NCBI GenBank assembly: GCA_951406725.2
Contig: OX597825.1
Span: 26,908,001-26,972,000, forward strand
From: Octopus vulgaris
Taxonomy: Eukaryota
DNA length: 64,000 bases
Reading direction: 5' to 3'
The position numbers and the translations under genes are program-made. The notes beneath the pieces are model-generated. The model searched no databases and was not told the DNA's origin. It worked only from the letters and a program-made list of their open reading frames with translations. This document shows, piece by piece, positions 37,941-51,050 of the stretch. Positions within the stretch are counted from its first letter, which is position 1; every line of letters starts with the position of its first letter.

Positions 37941-38200
37941 GTGAGTGAATATTCATGCACGGAAACTGAAAGAAAACTAGGGTATATAAGTGTATATTTG
38001 TGGGTGTCTGTGTCTGTACCCCAATAATTGCTTGATAACCGATGTTGCTCTGTTTACATTCACATAACTCAGCGGTCCGGTAAAAGACACTGATGAAATA
38101 AATACTTGGCTTATAAAGAAGAAATCCTGCGATTTGTTCGACCAATTGCGGGGCTCCAGCTTGGCCGTTGTCACATGACTGAAATAAGTAGAACAATAAA
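37941..38200 (+). mobile_element. SINE family A, diverged, plus orientation
   Basis: ACGGAAACTGAAAGAA, GCTTGATAACCGATGTTG and GCTCCAGCTTGGCCG resemble the reverse complement of family A. Confidence 0.75.
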
Positions 38201-38270
38201 AACCTATGCCATTTTAATCCCGAACAAGTTGGGGTGCCTCTGTTAGTATATATATATATATATATATATA

Positions 38271-38937
38271 TTGTCAATAAAAAAGGGTAAAATTAATTAT
38301 TAATTAATTTGACCGAGCAGTGTTCGGTATGTAAAACGACCATTTACGGTATATCAGAAATATTACTTTATAAAAATATGGTAAAGTATAAAATTTACTT
38401 TACCACACACCGAGCTTTTTAGAAATAGCAGCCAAAAGTTTGGCTATTTCTTCAACTGCAAGAAAAATGTCCCAGACAATGCATACTCAGAAATAACTCA
38501 CATAGGTATAAGGGAAAATCAACGAAAGATCACATCCATATGAGATCACCCGGGGACAAGCCTATTTCTGGATTAGTTGGCCATAAACGCCATCATTTCC
38601 TTCATCAGCTCCGAGATTTCTTCTGATTTGGATTAGAAAGTACTAAAAAGCAAAACATACCCGTCCGATATGATTAACACCGGACAAACTATGTCCGACC
38701 ACCATTACCAGCGAATTCAAAAATACAAATTAGATCTAGGATTGTCCCCGTCCACCCACGTGAGATACAGAGTAGTGCATTCCTACAGAGGCAAGACTGT
38801 AGTTAAAAGTTTTGGGGAGAAAGTATTATATTGTCAATAAAAAAGGGTAAAATTAATTAATTATTAATTAATTTGGCCGAGCAGTGTTCAGTATGTAAAA
38901 CGACCATTTACGGTATATCAGAAATATTACTTTATAA
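38271..38937 (-). mobile_element. 560-bp-period element with ~103-bp terminal direct repeats, in (TA)n, containing a hammerhead-like motif (PLE pseudo-LTR or retrozyme-like)
   Basis: TTGTCAATAAAAAAGGGTAAAATTAATTA...CAGAAATATTACTTTATAA at 38271-38373 and 38831-38937; (TA)n on both sides. Confidence 0.75.
38542..38620 (-). ncRNA. Type-I hammerhead-ribozyme-like motif
   Basis: Minus strand: CUCGGAG-CUGAUGA-A-GGA...UGGC-loop-GCCA...UCC-A-GAAA-UAGGCUUG-UC-CCCGGG. Canonical CUGAUGA and GAAA, self-complementary stem III, GUC triplet. Confidence 0.6.
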
Positions 38938-41654
38938 CGTAATATATATATATATATATCACACATCGATACGTAGGAGCCTATATGAATGGAGTTTCCG
39001 ACCAGAAGCATACATACACCACTAAATTGTATTTCCGTCATATCATAATCAATCATGCACCAAGCATAGTTCGTTGGATATTAAAAGTGATGTATACGTA
39101 ACAGGCATAAAATAATGCAGTGGTGCTTTACAGTACCGTATTGCAAGGCGAGTAACAGGCCACATACGGAAGAACAACCTCAGAGCGTTTCACGCCCAGT
39201 TAGCTGTTTACTCAGCCAATATGATTTCTTTTAGCAGAGAAACGAATACAGATTGTCCCACAGAGAGCGATTTTCATGCTAGATAAGTTTTTATATGCGA
39301 TTTTGCAGAAGAACTAAATAGGATCTATATCTTTGAAAGCATAAAATGTTTACTTTGCATATCCATGAAATGTGAAAATGTATGTTTTGAGCTTTCTAAA
39401 CACCTCTGTCACTAGAAATAAAAGAAACAAACAAGTACATGGACGGCAAATGACGCGGAGCTAGTTAATGTGAAAACCAAACATCCTTAAATATATATAT
39501 ATAAGTGAAATACAATTCAGCAATAGAAAATCAATCATTTCGTGTTGGATGAGATAAAAAAGATAATCTATTCATTTTACGAGTAAAAAGAAGGCATAAA
39601 AATTTCAAGAAAGCGAAAATCTCTCGTATCTTTTACTTGTAGTTATTTCAAACCGCACAAAATTGTGCCTGATAAAAATAGCTTTGGGATTTGTCCATCA
39701 TTGACAAGACCAAACAAAGTCGAAATTCAATGATATTGTGGTTTCAGCGCGGGATGTAGCGTGGATTTATTGCCCCACTAGCGATAAAAAAAAAACAATA
39801 CCGTGTTTTGCACCAAAATGCCACTACGAGAGTTTCTCTCACCATAAATGTCGCAGATAGGTTTATCCTAATAAAACCTCCACGTTTAAATGGGAATTAA
39901 TATTAACCCTCGATAATAATAATTCTGTCGCTAATATGTATTTATTTCGTCAAAAGATTACGGTGTGTATTTTAGCGTAAAATTTGGATAATATTTTAAT
40001 CAGGAGAGTACACTTAATACCAATGATATTTTGATAATATTTTAATTAGGAGCGTACAATTAAATAGCGTACCAGTTGTATAAAGATTGCAGGAAAGAAC
40101 ATACGCATATATTAGCAGTCACTGGTAAGCACAATGCCTGAAACTATGACAGCCATCTGACTAAGCGTTGTCATATATTTCAGCACCAGTTATGTTTTCT
40201 TCGTTTAATGATAAAATTATAAATGAATCGATTTTAGGTCCTTTTCTATTCTCAATAATTGCTCTGCTTTAAGCATCATTGCAGTAATTCTATGATGAGA
40301 ACACATATAACCTCCGACAATGTTCTTAAACTTTTGATGACTGTTAAACAATGGAGATAGGAATTTATTATTTTATTAGAATTTCTTCTTAGCAACAAAG
40401 AGTAATATAGAAAAAGAAAGAAAAAAAAACATTGACAGAAAAAAAAATTAGACGAAATAATGTTAGTGGCTTCTAATAATAATAGTAATAATAATGATAA
40501 TGATAAGAAGAAGAAGAAGAAAAAGAAGAAGAAGAAGAAGAAGAAGAAGAAGAAGAATGTGATTTACGAAGTGAATAAAGAAGATGGCAATTAAGAGGAG
40601 AATAGATGAGGGTCAACTGGCGATGTTGGGTTTGATATACTACAAATAATAAAAGTTTTTTTTTTTTGTGAATAGAGGAGAAAAAATTTATTGGAAAATA
40701 AATAAAACCAATTCCATTATGTATTTAAAAAGTGAACAAATATTTGCAGCACGTGAATCAAATTTATGTGAGCCATTTTGATTTTATTCTTCCATTAGAA
40801 TTTAAGTCTAGCGCTAGATTATGTTCAATCCTTCTATGGCTTTTATATAGTTAGCCGCGTTGACATTCAGGCGTATAGGTGAGAGATGCATGAGGCTGGT
40901 GAATTCCGTTCGTTCAAAGGATGACATGGGCACAAGGCCTGAAATTAAGGTAGCATCTAAGTTGAGAAACACTGCAATTTTGCATGAGTGTATAGGCTGT
41001 GCTCACTTCAAAAATAACCATAACTTGAGAATATAAACCTCCCTTTAGGTTTTGGTTAGATTTAATATTTCTCTTGCGCCTTGTTTATTTTCGAAATGTT
41101 TTGGTATGATTGACGCTTAGCCTTTTAATCATTGGCAAACCTTGGTACTGATGCAATGTAAAAAAGACAACATCCTTCTGTCTCAATAATTGTAAGCGCT
41201 GTGACTGATGGTACTTTGGAAACTGTTGCAGCATTATATATACTTTTACGGTACACTGATATCCATACACATTTATCATCGCTGTATATCCTTTTGTATA
41301 TCCTTTGTATATCTTCAAACACTCGGAGAAGACTCTCAAGTCTGAATGGCCATTGCTTCGTTCACATAATATAATGTTCCACTGGAATATTATTGCTGAC
41401 ATCTGATCTATCACCCCCGTGATCATATATTCTTCGACAGTACACATGTCTTTGTCGGTGACCTCTGCAGCAACACATGATGCTTAGCGAGAAAGCGTTA
41501 CTCACTTCTTGGTCTAGAATAAAGACACGCATGCAAAGGAAACTGATGAACATGCATCAGCTTTAGAAACAATTTGCCAAGAAATAAATTCCCTATCTTT
41601 TTATCATTAGAAACCGCCACTATTGCGGGAGCAAAGATGTTGTTCTGTGTTGAT

Positions 41655-42050
41655 TTTCCTTTTATTTGTTTAATTGTTTCACTCACATTACTGTGGCCAT
41701 GCTGTATCACCACCTTTAGTCGAGCAAATCGACCCCAGGACTTATTCTTTGTAAGCCTAGTACTTAATCGATCGGTCTCTCTTGCCGAACCGCTAAGTTA
41801 CGGGGACGTAAATACACCAGCATCGGTTGTCAAGCGATGTTCGGGCGGCAAACACGGACACAAGCATATACGTACATAAATATATAGGAGGGGCTTCTTC
41901 CAGTTCCCGTCTACCAAATCCACTTAGAAGGCTTTGGTCGGCCCGAGGCTATACTAGAAGACACTCGCCCAAGTCGCCACGCAGTGGGACTGAACTCAAA
42001 ACTATGTGGTTGGTAAGCAGGCTACTTACCACACAGCCACTCCTGCGCCT
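41655..42050 (-). mobile_element. SINE family A, full-length
   Basis: Minus-strand head AGGCGCAGGAGTGGCTGTGTGGTAAGTAGC...GAGTTCAGTCCCACTGCGTGGCGACTTGGGCGAG; body matches 36440-36836. Confidence 0.9.
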
Positions 42051-42669
42051 GTGTTGTCTTTTCTCTGATAAGAATTTCTGTATTGTTTATTTTTGTTTTT
42101 TCGACTCAGTACAAGAATATGTTAGCAGTTGTTACTTTTTTTCTGCTCTGACTATAGTTCCTCATATGCAGATTTTATATATTTAAATGTCTGGTTTTGA
42201 TTATCTGTACTTGAGAATGGTATGTTTGGTGTATGGTACATTTTCTTAGATCCTCTATTTCAAATTTCTGTTCCTGTTTTAATCACTGTTCATGTGTTAC
42301 AAGATTATACAATATTTGTAAAAGGTGTATGAAATACTTTCTTGTCACTAGAAACTATTTTTTCAAATAAAGAGGAAACAACGAGGAAACTTTTGGAAAC
42401 CAACAAAAATTTTCTGCCAAATAATTAAAATGGCGATTAAAATAGATATTGACCTGTATCTGCTGACACTTCAGCATCCCATTTGCACAATAATCCATGT
42501 AGTGAAATATTTTCTCCCAATAAAACTTGTTCATAATCTAAAATTTATCGAAGAATTTTATAGGTGCTCTGTACACGGCAACAACAATAACAAAACCAAT
42601 ATCGAAAACAATGGTGAGAAGAATAAAAACGCTGTTATGTACTCTAGTAAGACAAAAATATAATCAATA

Positions 42670-42835
42670 AAAATGATGATGATGATGAGGATGATGATAA
42701 TGACAATGATGATGATGATGACGAGGATGATGATGATGATGCTGATGATGACGATCATCATCATATTGAAAATAATAACACTACAAATGAAGAAGAGCAA
42801 TGATAATGACGAGCACGTTAATAATAATAATAACG

Positions 42836-42898
<63 letters not shown>

Positions 42899-42918
42899 GT
42901 AATAATAATAATAATAAT
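42670..42918. repeat. (GAT)n and (AAT)n microsatellites
   Basis: Directly visible. Confidence 0.95.
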
Positions 42919-43620
42919 CTATTTCTTTGTGGTATTTTTGTTTCGTCTTTAAACAGTAAATAGTTTTAAGTGTGTTGTGGTCAGACATCAAATTCTTTTC
43001 GTCCGTAGATATCTTGAATCTGTTTGGTGAAAAGGCGAATAAACATTCAGCCTGTCGCTAAGCAATGCTTGGGCATTCAGCAAATTCTTGCAAACACAAA
43101 CGCCATACTAAGTCACTTTTATTATTCACTGATTTGCTTCAGAAGCCATCTGTAAGTTTCCATTTCACTGCTTTTTCAGAAACTCTAACAGGGAAACGCA
43201 AGTGTTTATATCTGAGGTTTATAGATCAAATATATCTTATTGCTTCTTGTCATGGCCTCACGATGAAATTCCGTAACCGGGTGATGTGCAGTTTTCCGTT
43301 TTCTCTGAGTGGGAGGCATAGAAAAACACACACGTATATATATATGTATACTGAGAGAGTTAGAGAATATATGTATTAGAGAGAGTTAGAGAAAGAGAAG
43401 GAATTCATAATAAAGTAATCACATAAGAAAGAAATCAAGTTCAATGAAGAAAGATAGTGAGGTGGTAAGAATAGACGATACATGGAAAAGCAATGAGAAA
43501 GCAAGAAGTAATGAAAGAGAACAGAAAATCAAAGATCGAAAGAGAAAAGGAAACAAATCAAGGGAAGAAAGATGTATGAAAAGGATATCCAAAACCTTTG
43601 TTATATCGTAGCGTTCCACA

Positions 43621-43717
<97 letters not shown>

Positions 43718-44155
43718 AGTGTGTACTTGTGTGAGCGTGTGTGTGTGTATGCTTAAGTGTGAAAAAACAAAGGTAGCTGGATAAGGATAGGAAACCATAC
43801 AAAACAGGGAAAAAATAATAATGAAATAAAGGAAACAATAAGAGCAATCGCACAATAAAGAATAAGAATAAATAGAATACCAGAGTAAACTAAATAGATG
43901 TAGTTAACGTAATGCATATAATTCTTTGCCTCTGTGGTCAATATATCTTGTCTTACATTTTTACAATCGACTAACTTCCATAAATATTCTTCGATTGCTG
44001 TTAAGTAAAATTAAATAGATTTTAGAATTATTAAACAGGAAAGGGAATTGGATTGCGCAAACACAGTGGCATACACTCTTCTAGTTAAATGCTTCGCAAG
44101 TAAGCATTGAACTATATAATTACACATCAACAGAAAAAACTTATATACTTGTTCT

Positions 44156-44158
<3 letters not shown>

Positions 44159-44193
<35 letters not shown>

Positions 44194-44411
44194 TAAATAT
44201 ATAAATATTTATATATATATATATGCATATATATACGTATATACATATATATATATATATGTATATATATACATATATACGTATATATACGTATATATGT
44301 ATATATATATATATGTATGTATATATATACATATATACGTATATATATGCATATATATACGTATATATGTATATATATATATGTATATATATACATATAT
44401 ACGTATATATA

Positions 44412-44465
<54 letters not shown>
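44159..44465. repeat. ~300-bp degenerate (TA)n tract with ATAC/ACGT/ATGC interruptions (largest of dozens of (TA)n/(CA)n tracts in the window)
   Basis: Directly visible; source of the Y/I-rich ORFs. Confidence 0.95.
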
Positions 44466-44467
<2 letters not shown>

Positions 44468-44499
44468 TTATTATTTATACATGTTTGTGTATCTCCTGT

Positions 44500-44775
44500 C
44501 GTTAGACGACGTATGTTGGTTCGACATTTACCTTGTTGATCAACCACACAGATGCTTTTTTATAGTGACCAAATATTTGTGTTCACATAAGCTCAGTGCA
44601 TCCATCAAATCGACATTACCTGTACAGGTGCACCATGTGCCACGTGACAGGTGACGAAATGATCGCTGAGCAACGTGGAATGAAGTGCCTTCATCAAGAT
44701 CACAATGCAATGTCCGGTCTTGGCGCTCGCAATCGTGAGTGCTTCACCCTACCCAATAAGCCATGCACCTTCACA
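44500..44775 (-). mobile_element. tRNA-derived SINE, diverged (head similar to 17214)
   Basis: Minus strand begins GTGAAGGTGCATGGCTTATTGGGTAGGGTG...CTCACGATTG, followed by CORE-like CTTGATGAAGGCACTTCATTCCACGTTGCTCAG. Confidence 0.6.
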
Positions 44776-45482
44776 TGTTTGTGCATATGTGTGTGACCTT
44801 GTGTGTGTCTGTGTGTGTATTAACGACAAAGTATTAATAGGAAGAGGTAATATTCTTCCCCACTTTAACATGGGTATGCTGTAAGGACACAATATCCTGT
44901 CGTAGTGGCCATGAGAGAAATTCTGATATTGGCTTTTGGCGCAAAATGCACCCTTGATCACATCGCTAGCGGGGACATAAAGCACCACCAATCCAGCACC
45001 GTGATAACCAGATCATGTGATTTTGACCTGCTTTGGTTTTGTCAAGGATGGATGCTTGACCGCTATAGATAACAGCAAGTCATTTCCACCATCGATATAT
45101 AGAATAACAGTGTCTGAACACCGCCATCGATATAAACATCGATATAAATATGTAAATTGCCCTCATGGTAACTGCCGTGATATATTTAGTTCTAACAGAA
45201 GGTCCACATTTAATCTGGAATAAATATATTACTTCTCGTTGGTAATACTGCCTCTATTGCTAAGAAATAAGTCAGTATGTGATAGTATTAAGCACCCATA
45301 TGCTCTTCATAGCTTTCTTATTTAATATAAATGATGTATTCAATAAGTGTTAATGATTGTTATTACAAACATCGCATTCTTACAAATGAATATAAATAAT
45401 AATTCATCTTAAGCAACACACACACACACACATATATATATATGTGTATGAGTGTGTGTCTGTTTGTGTGTGTGTGCGTGTG

Positions 45483-45677
45483 TATCGTTGGCGATTTTTT
45501 CCCTCCGTCTTCCCTTCCTTGTATCTTTCCTTTTTCTGTGTTTCTGACGATGAGCTCCACTTGAAACGTTAAATCCTCCTTCTTTATTTCCTTCCTGAGC
45601 GTCCAATAACACTATACTTGTTCCACGTCCTCGCGTTGTTGTGTTTTCCTGTTTGTGTTTTCATGTTTGGATTAACT
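45483..45677 (+). mobile_element. Family H repeat, copy 4
   Basis: GTTT-CTGACGA-T-GAGC-TCC-ACTT-GAAA-CG-TT-AAAT at 45540-45574; preceded by (TG)n. Confidence 0.85.
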
Positions 45678-46927
45678 GGTTTTATTAGTTTATAGATAGC
45701 CGTGTAGCTTGACCAGTGCTAAACCTACGTCGTTCTTTCACAAACAAAATTTCCCGACGCTGAAATATATAATGTATGACTTAGAAATTTAAAGAATCTT
45801 GTATATAATTCTAGTATTGTTTGTGCCAGACTACTATTGATTTCCCTAAAATATAAATAAAATGTTGGTGATTGTAAAACAAAATATTTATTCAACGAAC
45901 AAAGGAATCCTACAGAAAATTTTAGGCTTCCCTATTTGGCTTTTGATCATGGTTTATCGCTTAAATTTCAATACAACTTGTAAAACGTAAAGAAATGAAA
46001 TGGTAACACATAAACAATATCAACACATGCACAATATGCTGACTTTTTATGGCTTCAAACAATAAACCAAAATTTCTTTTGATTTCCTGATGTACCCATC
46101 TGTACTAACTTTTTTTAATATTAGGAATATTACGACCATGCAGCTTACACTTTAAATTTTATACTGGTACTTAAATCTAAAATATGCAAAGAATGCAATT
46201 TGAATTCTATAAAGTTATTTATTTAGGTATTTTTATTGTTGGTTGCCATTCATTGATATGTTTGTGTGTGTGCCTGAGTGTTCAGGAATCCTTCATCCGC
46301 ACATTCTATGTTCAAATGTATGAACTAACAAAGAACGAACATTTCTAAATTACATTGCACTCTACGTATAATAAAAATCTAAGTAAGTCTATGTCGATTC
46401 TTTAGAATAAGAATGAAGAAGACTATGATGTGTATTCCTTTGGAAAGGAAATACTTTATGAATTTCTTTTTCACGAAACATGCGAAGATAGCAATATTTG
46501 TGTTTTATTGCGTGAGAGTTTCAATTCTTTCATTTTTTAATTTATAATTTATTTCCTATATTTATATTGAATCTCTAGCAATATTATCTTAAATGAGAAG
46601 TAAGACGAACAGACTTAACAATAGAATTGTAATCATTTATTTGCACTGGTTTATTTTATAACTGCTTATTCTTCTACAAAATCAAACTCCGTCAACTTCA
46701 TTTATTTACAGGTTTATACTAATCACCATCATTTGTAGTGTTTGTTCCAAATTTATTAATATAATATCTTATGTGATAACCGTTGTTTTTTCACGTGCGC
46801 GTACTTGCGAGTGCGAACTTGCGTGTAAGCTTGCGCGTGTATATACATATCTATAATTATGTATATGTACATATCTGTACATATACATATGTACATATCT
46901 GTACATATACATATATATATATATATA

Positions 46928-47125
46928 CTCCATGATTGATTGCTAGCCACTAAACCTTTTCTTTTCTTATATATTCTCTCCCTGTTTATTTCTGTGTTCC
47001 TTTCTGTCGAAGAGCGTAGGTTACAGAGGTAAAATACTTTCTCACTTTCCGAGCGTTAATGTATTACATCTATTTGTTGTTTACACATCCCTCTTCATCT
47101 TTTTCTTTTTGTAAACTCTCACTAT
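46928..47125 (+). mobile_element. Sibling of family H ((TA)n-embedded, degenerate hammerhead-like core)
   Basis: CTGTCGA-A-GAGC-GTAG-GTTA... at 47004-47035, then GAGCGTTAAT (cf. family H GAGCGTCCAAT); (TA)n on both sides. Confidence 0.5.
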
Positions 47126-47204
47126 ATGCATATATATGCATATATTATATATGTATAAGATATATAATATATGTATAAGATATATAATATATATATATAT
47201 AATC

Positions 47205-47267
<63 letters not shown>

Positions 47268-47289
47268 CGGTGTCAGATCTTCTTGACAC

Positions 47290-48480
47290 GTGATTGTATA
47301 TATTTAAGAAAGAAAACAATATGTAAAAAGGCACAGAAGATTTGTATAATAATATGTATTCTAATATTACGATCATAATGAAACGAAGAGTTGTATTACA
47401 TCATTCTATGATATACTAGGAGTACCGCTTTCGCCCCTTATGATTATCAAACTTCTATGGTCTCAGATTTTAGAACAGAGAAAATTCTAGTTAAATCATT
47501 GAGAAGCTATTTTTTGTTTACAATAAGTTTTGCAGTCAAAGGGATGTAACTCTTCAATTAATATGAAAATTACAAGTTACGTTCAAATTGTCGTTAGGGT
47601 CTTTTGACAGATATTCTTAATGTATACATATTTGTGAGATATATATATATAGAACTTTTAGGGGTTATTTACAAGTATTTCAAGGGTGGAGCGAAGAATC
47701 GATTGTTGTTCTCTTCTAGTGGAAGTTGATTGATTCTAAAATGAATTGATGTTCAGGTCTGTGTCATATTTCTTGATGAATAAGGCTTCTTTATAAAGAC
47801 GAGCTTGCGTTGAGGTCCAGTCAGCAAATTTGTATATAGGGAATGTATAGAATTGTGGTTGAAATTGTTTAGCACATACGTCAATATGATCGCTGAGATA
47901 TATCTGGCGATATTGTGGTGAAGCTATTCGCTGATAGTGCACTGTACAGCGCGACGGACATAATTTCTCGTACTTCCGACATAATCTTTCTGACAGTCCG
48001 AGCAGCTGATCATATAAATTAGATTTTCGGACATATAAATGAAATCTAATTTCATTGCAAAATGTTGTCATTGTTTGATATGGTATTCTAACCCTTACTA
48101 AAGATTAAGACATGTTTCTCAGTTGTTTTTTTTTGTTAGTGACTTGGGCTCTTTGTTGCTTTTGACTATTTTGAGGTATTGTAGAATTGTTTTCAGTTTA
48201 GGATCCTTATGTAGTACTGGTAGCTTTTTACATGATTGTGTTGAATGCTTCTTTGTTTCTGAGGTTGTATGTTGATATGTAGTGCAATGTTTTAAATGTA
48301 GTTTTTACTGTTGTCTTTGGTCTTTCTCAGAGCCTCAGTTTTATCTCTTTGTGTATAAGTTGGATTGGGTTGTGCCTGTCCAGGAGTAGGTTTTGAGTTC
48401 TTGTAATCTTAAATCTCTGATTGAACCAGATGTTTGTTTTCGTATGACTCGAGTGTCAAGAGCTAACAAGAAGGTATTGT
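47290..48480 (-). mobile_element. Penelope-like retroelement 3' part (post-RT, GIY-YIG endonuclease, pseudo-LTR), decayed
   Basis: Minus-strand remnants RDLRLQELK, SENLIYMISCS.CQKDYVGST (GIY-YIG), and HYQRIASPQYRQIYLSDHIDVCA...RLYKEALFIKKYDTDLN; hammerhead-like motif at 47416-47458. Confidence 0.85.
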
Positions 48481-49620
48481 TCTATATATGTGTGAGGCCT
48501 ATTCCAAACTAAATCCCCGTTTTCCTGGTCGTTGCTGGCAGAGTGTTGGTTGTTTTTGTTTATTATGGTTAGTTTGTGTAAAACTGGGGGATTCTGTTTG
48601 GTGGATGGTTATGTTGTGGTTTTAGATTGTTATGTAGGTATGGGTATATATAGAATCTATGTTCGTTATTGTGTATGATGCCTGGTGTTTTCAGTAGTCC
48701 CTGGGGTGAAAGTTGCTGAATGAACTGTGGTCCCATCCGGAAAGTCTGGTCTGTGGGTTACTCCTGTTCCTCGTGGGTCTTGTGTTTTGGGGGTGGCAAT
48801 AGTTCTGTGGTGCGTGGCGGTTATGTCTGGTACTTGTGAGTGATTGATGGCATCTGTTCATGGTGCATATATGAAAGGTTGGGGTTATGTTGTTGTTCCC
48901 TATCATGTTCTCATGGGTGGAGTAAGCTTGTTTGATATTTAGTATTCTTTCGTTATTTTGTGGGGTTTTTTCCTTCAGATATGGGTTGTCTGAATATGTA
49001 TCCTGTTTGGAATTTGATTCATACCTATGGAAAAAAATTATTATTGAAGGGACGTTATCTCCTGTGTTCTACATGTTTCTTTCCAGAAATTAAGGATATT
49101 TTCAAGTGAGTGTTCGTTTGTGTTTCTTTATTTCCTTGTGCATCTCTCCGTCGATGTTTTTGTAATTTTCTTCATTGTTTGATTCTCGAACTTGTAGTAG
49201 CTTAATTCCTGAAGCAAAGTTGTTCTTCAACAGGTTCATTTGCTATTATATTTATTTTGAATTTGCGTGGAATTTTTATGGGGGTTGAGTTTTTCAAGGG
49301 GTGATGTATTTCTGCTTTGTTGTAATTTTTTGACATTCCAGAACGCATGTTTTCTCTTGTGTAGGTTTATGTTCCAGATGTTATTCAATTTTCTTTTAAT
49401 TGAATAGATAGGCGAAGATATGGGATTGGGGTGACTTTCATTTTGTTGTTTGATGGTTGTTGTTTGGTTTGTAGATGAAAATTGAGTTAAGTGTCGTACA
49501 AAGGGGTATTTAGGTCCTTGCTGACCTGTTCTTGTTTGTTCTTGTCCTCTGTGAATTCATTGTGTTTGTCCTATGTGAAGAGTTATTTGTCTTCTATGAG
49601 GGTTTCGATCTTGCAAGAAG
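48480..49620 (-). mobile_element. Decayed TE coding relic between the inverted PLE arms (probably a PLE 5' region)
   Basis: Minus strand is A/C-rich with coding-like pieces (e.g. NIWNINLHKRKHAFWN) and lies directly upstream of the minus-strand PLE arm; no diagnostic motif recognised. Confidence 0.4.
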
Positions 49621-49639
49621 GTCGTGTTCGAGAAACATA

Positions 49640-51050
49640 CCAGGTATTTAAGATTACAAGAACTCAAAAACCTACTCCTGGAGGGGCACTAAGAAAAACC
49701 AAAGACAACAACAAACTTACTCTTAAAACATTACCCTATATATCAACATACAGAAGTAGAAACAGAGAAACATCCAGCTTAATCATGCATAATCTACCAG
49801 TACTAAATTACATAAGAACCCTAAACTGAAAAGAATTCTACTTTAACTTAAAAGAGCCAAAAGCGTAAAAGAGCCCGAGTCAGTAAAGAAAATACTAACA
49901 AATGCAAAGTTACTCTCAACTAAAACCAACGCAAAAGGGAAAAAATGTAATTGCTCCAACTGAGGGACATGCCTTATCCTTTGGGAAGGGTCAGAATAGC
50001 ATTTGAAAGAAGGGAAACATTTTACAATGAATTCAGATTTCACTTATGCGTCCGAAAATCTAATTTTTGTGATCAGATGCTCGGGCTGCCAGAAAGACTA
50101 TGTCGGAAGTACGGGAAATTCTGTCTGCCGCTGCTCTACGGTGCATTGCCAACATATAGCTTCACCACAACATCGCCAGTTATAACTGAGCGAGCATATT
50201 GACGTACGTGCTAAACAATCACAGCCACAATTCTATATATTCGCTCCGTACAAATTTGCTGACTTGATCTCTACACAAATTCGTCTTAATAAAGAAGCCT
50301 CATTCACCTAGAAATATTCAGTTCAATTCAATTCAACTTTTATTGGCTCAAAAAGCAAAAGCAAGGCCATGTAGAGAGACAGGGAGTTATGTACAGGGAG
50401 GGTGGTCATACAAAGAGTTCAGGCCATTTCTAGCCAAGAGAGACTTTGAACCGAGCGGTCGTCGGCTTCTTCACTATCTCGTCCGGCAGCTTATTCCACG
50501 AATCCACAAGCCGGACGGAGAAAGCCCCCTCTCCTTCGATTGAGATAGTAGATAGACTTCATTTTAGTAACAACCAACCCACCACTAGTACAGAACAACA
50601 AACGCTTCTTCTCTCCACCCATGAACTATTTGTAAATAACCCTTAAAACTTCTGTATATATCTCACAAACCTGTATACATTAAGAATACCTGTCCAAAGA
50701 CCCTAACAACAATATGAAATTAACTTGTAATTTTCAGATAAATTGAAGGGTTATATCCTAAACCAAGTTACCTTCATAGAAATTGAAGAGTTACATCCCT
50801 TCAACTACAAAAATTATTGTCAACAAACAAAAAATGGCGTCCCCATGGTTTAACACATTATCCTCTCCGTACTGAAATCTGAGACCTTGGACGTTTGATA
50901 GATGTAAGACGCGAAACCTATACTCCCAGGTTATCATATACTGCTGTAATACAACTCTTTGTTGATCTTGATATTAGCATAAATTTTATTACACAAACCT
51001 CCTGTGTTTTTACATATATTTCTTTCTTAAATATATACATTTATATAAGA
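49640..51050 (+). mobile_element. Penelope-like retroelement 3' part, inverted relative to 47290-48480
   Basis: ORF 50003-50185 has FTYASENLIFVIRCSGCQKDYVGSTG...HIASPQHRQL (GIY-YIG). Collinear with the reverse complement of 47340-48420; hammerhead-like motif at 50885-50930. Confidence 0.85.
50317..50548 (-). mobile_element. CR1-like LINE 3' end with (TTGAA)n tail, nested in the PLE
   Basis: Minus strand LNRRRGAFSVRLVDSWNKLPDEIVK...FK fits the CR1 C-terminal FS.RVV..WN.LP motif; tail is TTCAGTTCAATTCAATTCAA on the plus strand; absent from the sister PLE arm. Confidence 0.85.

Noticed and set aside
41500-41525. Possible minus-strand 8-nt microexon (TTTATTCTAG|ACCAAGAA|GTGAGT)
   Set aside because: Not frame-preserving, expected by chance in 64 kb, and no host gene was identified.
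44830-45240. Weak Tc1-like 'RSCD' motif in a GC-richer patch
   Set aside because: A single short motif with no supporting DDE context.
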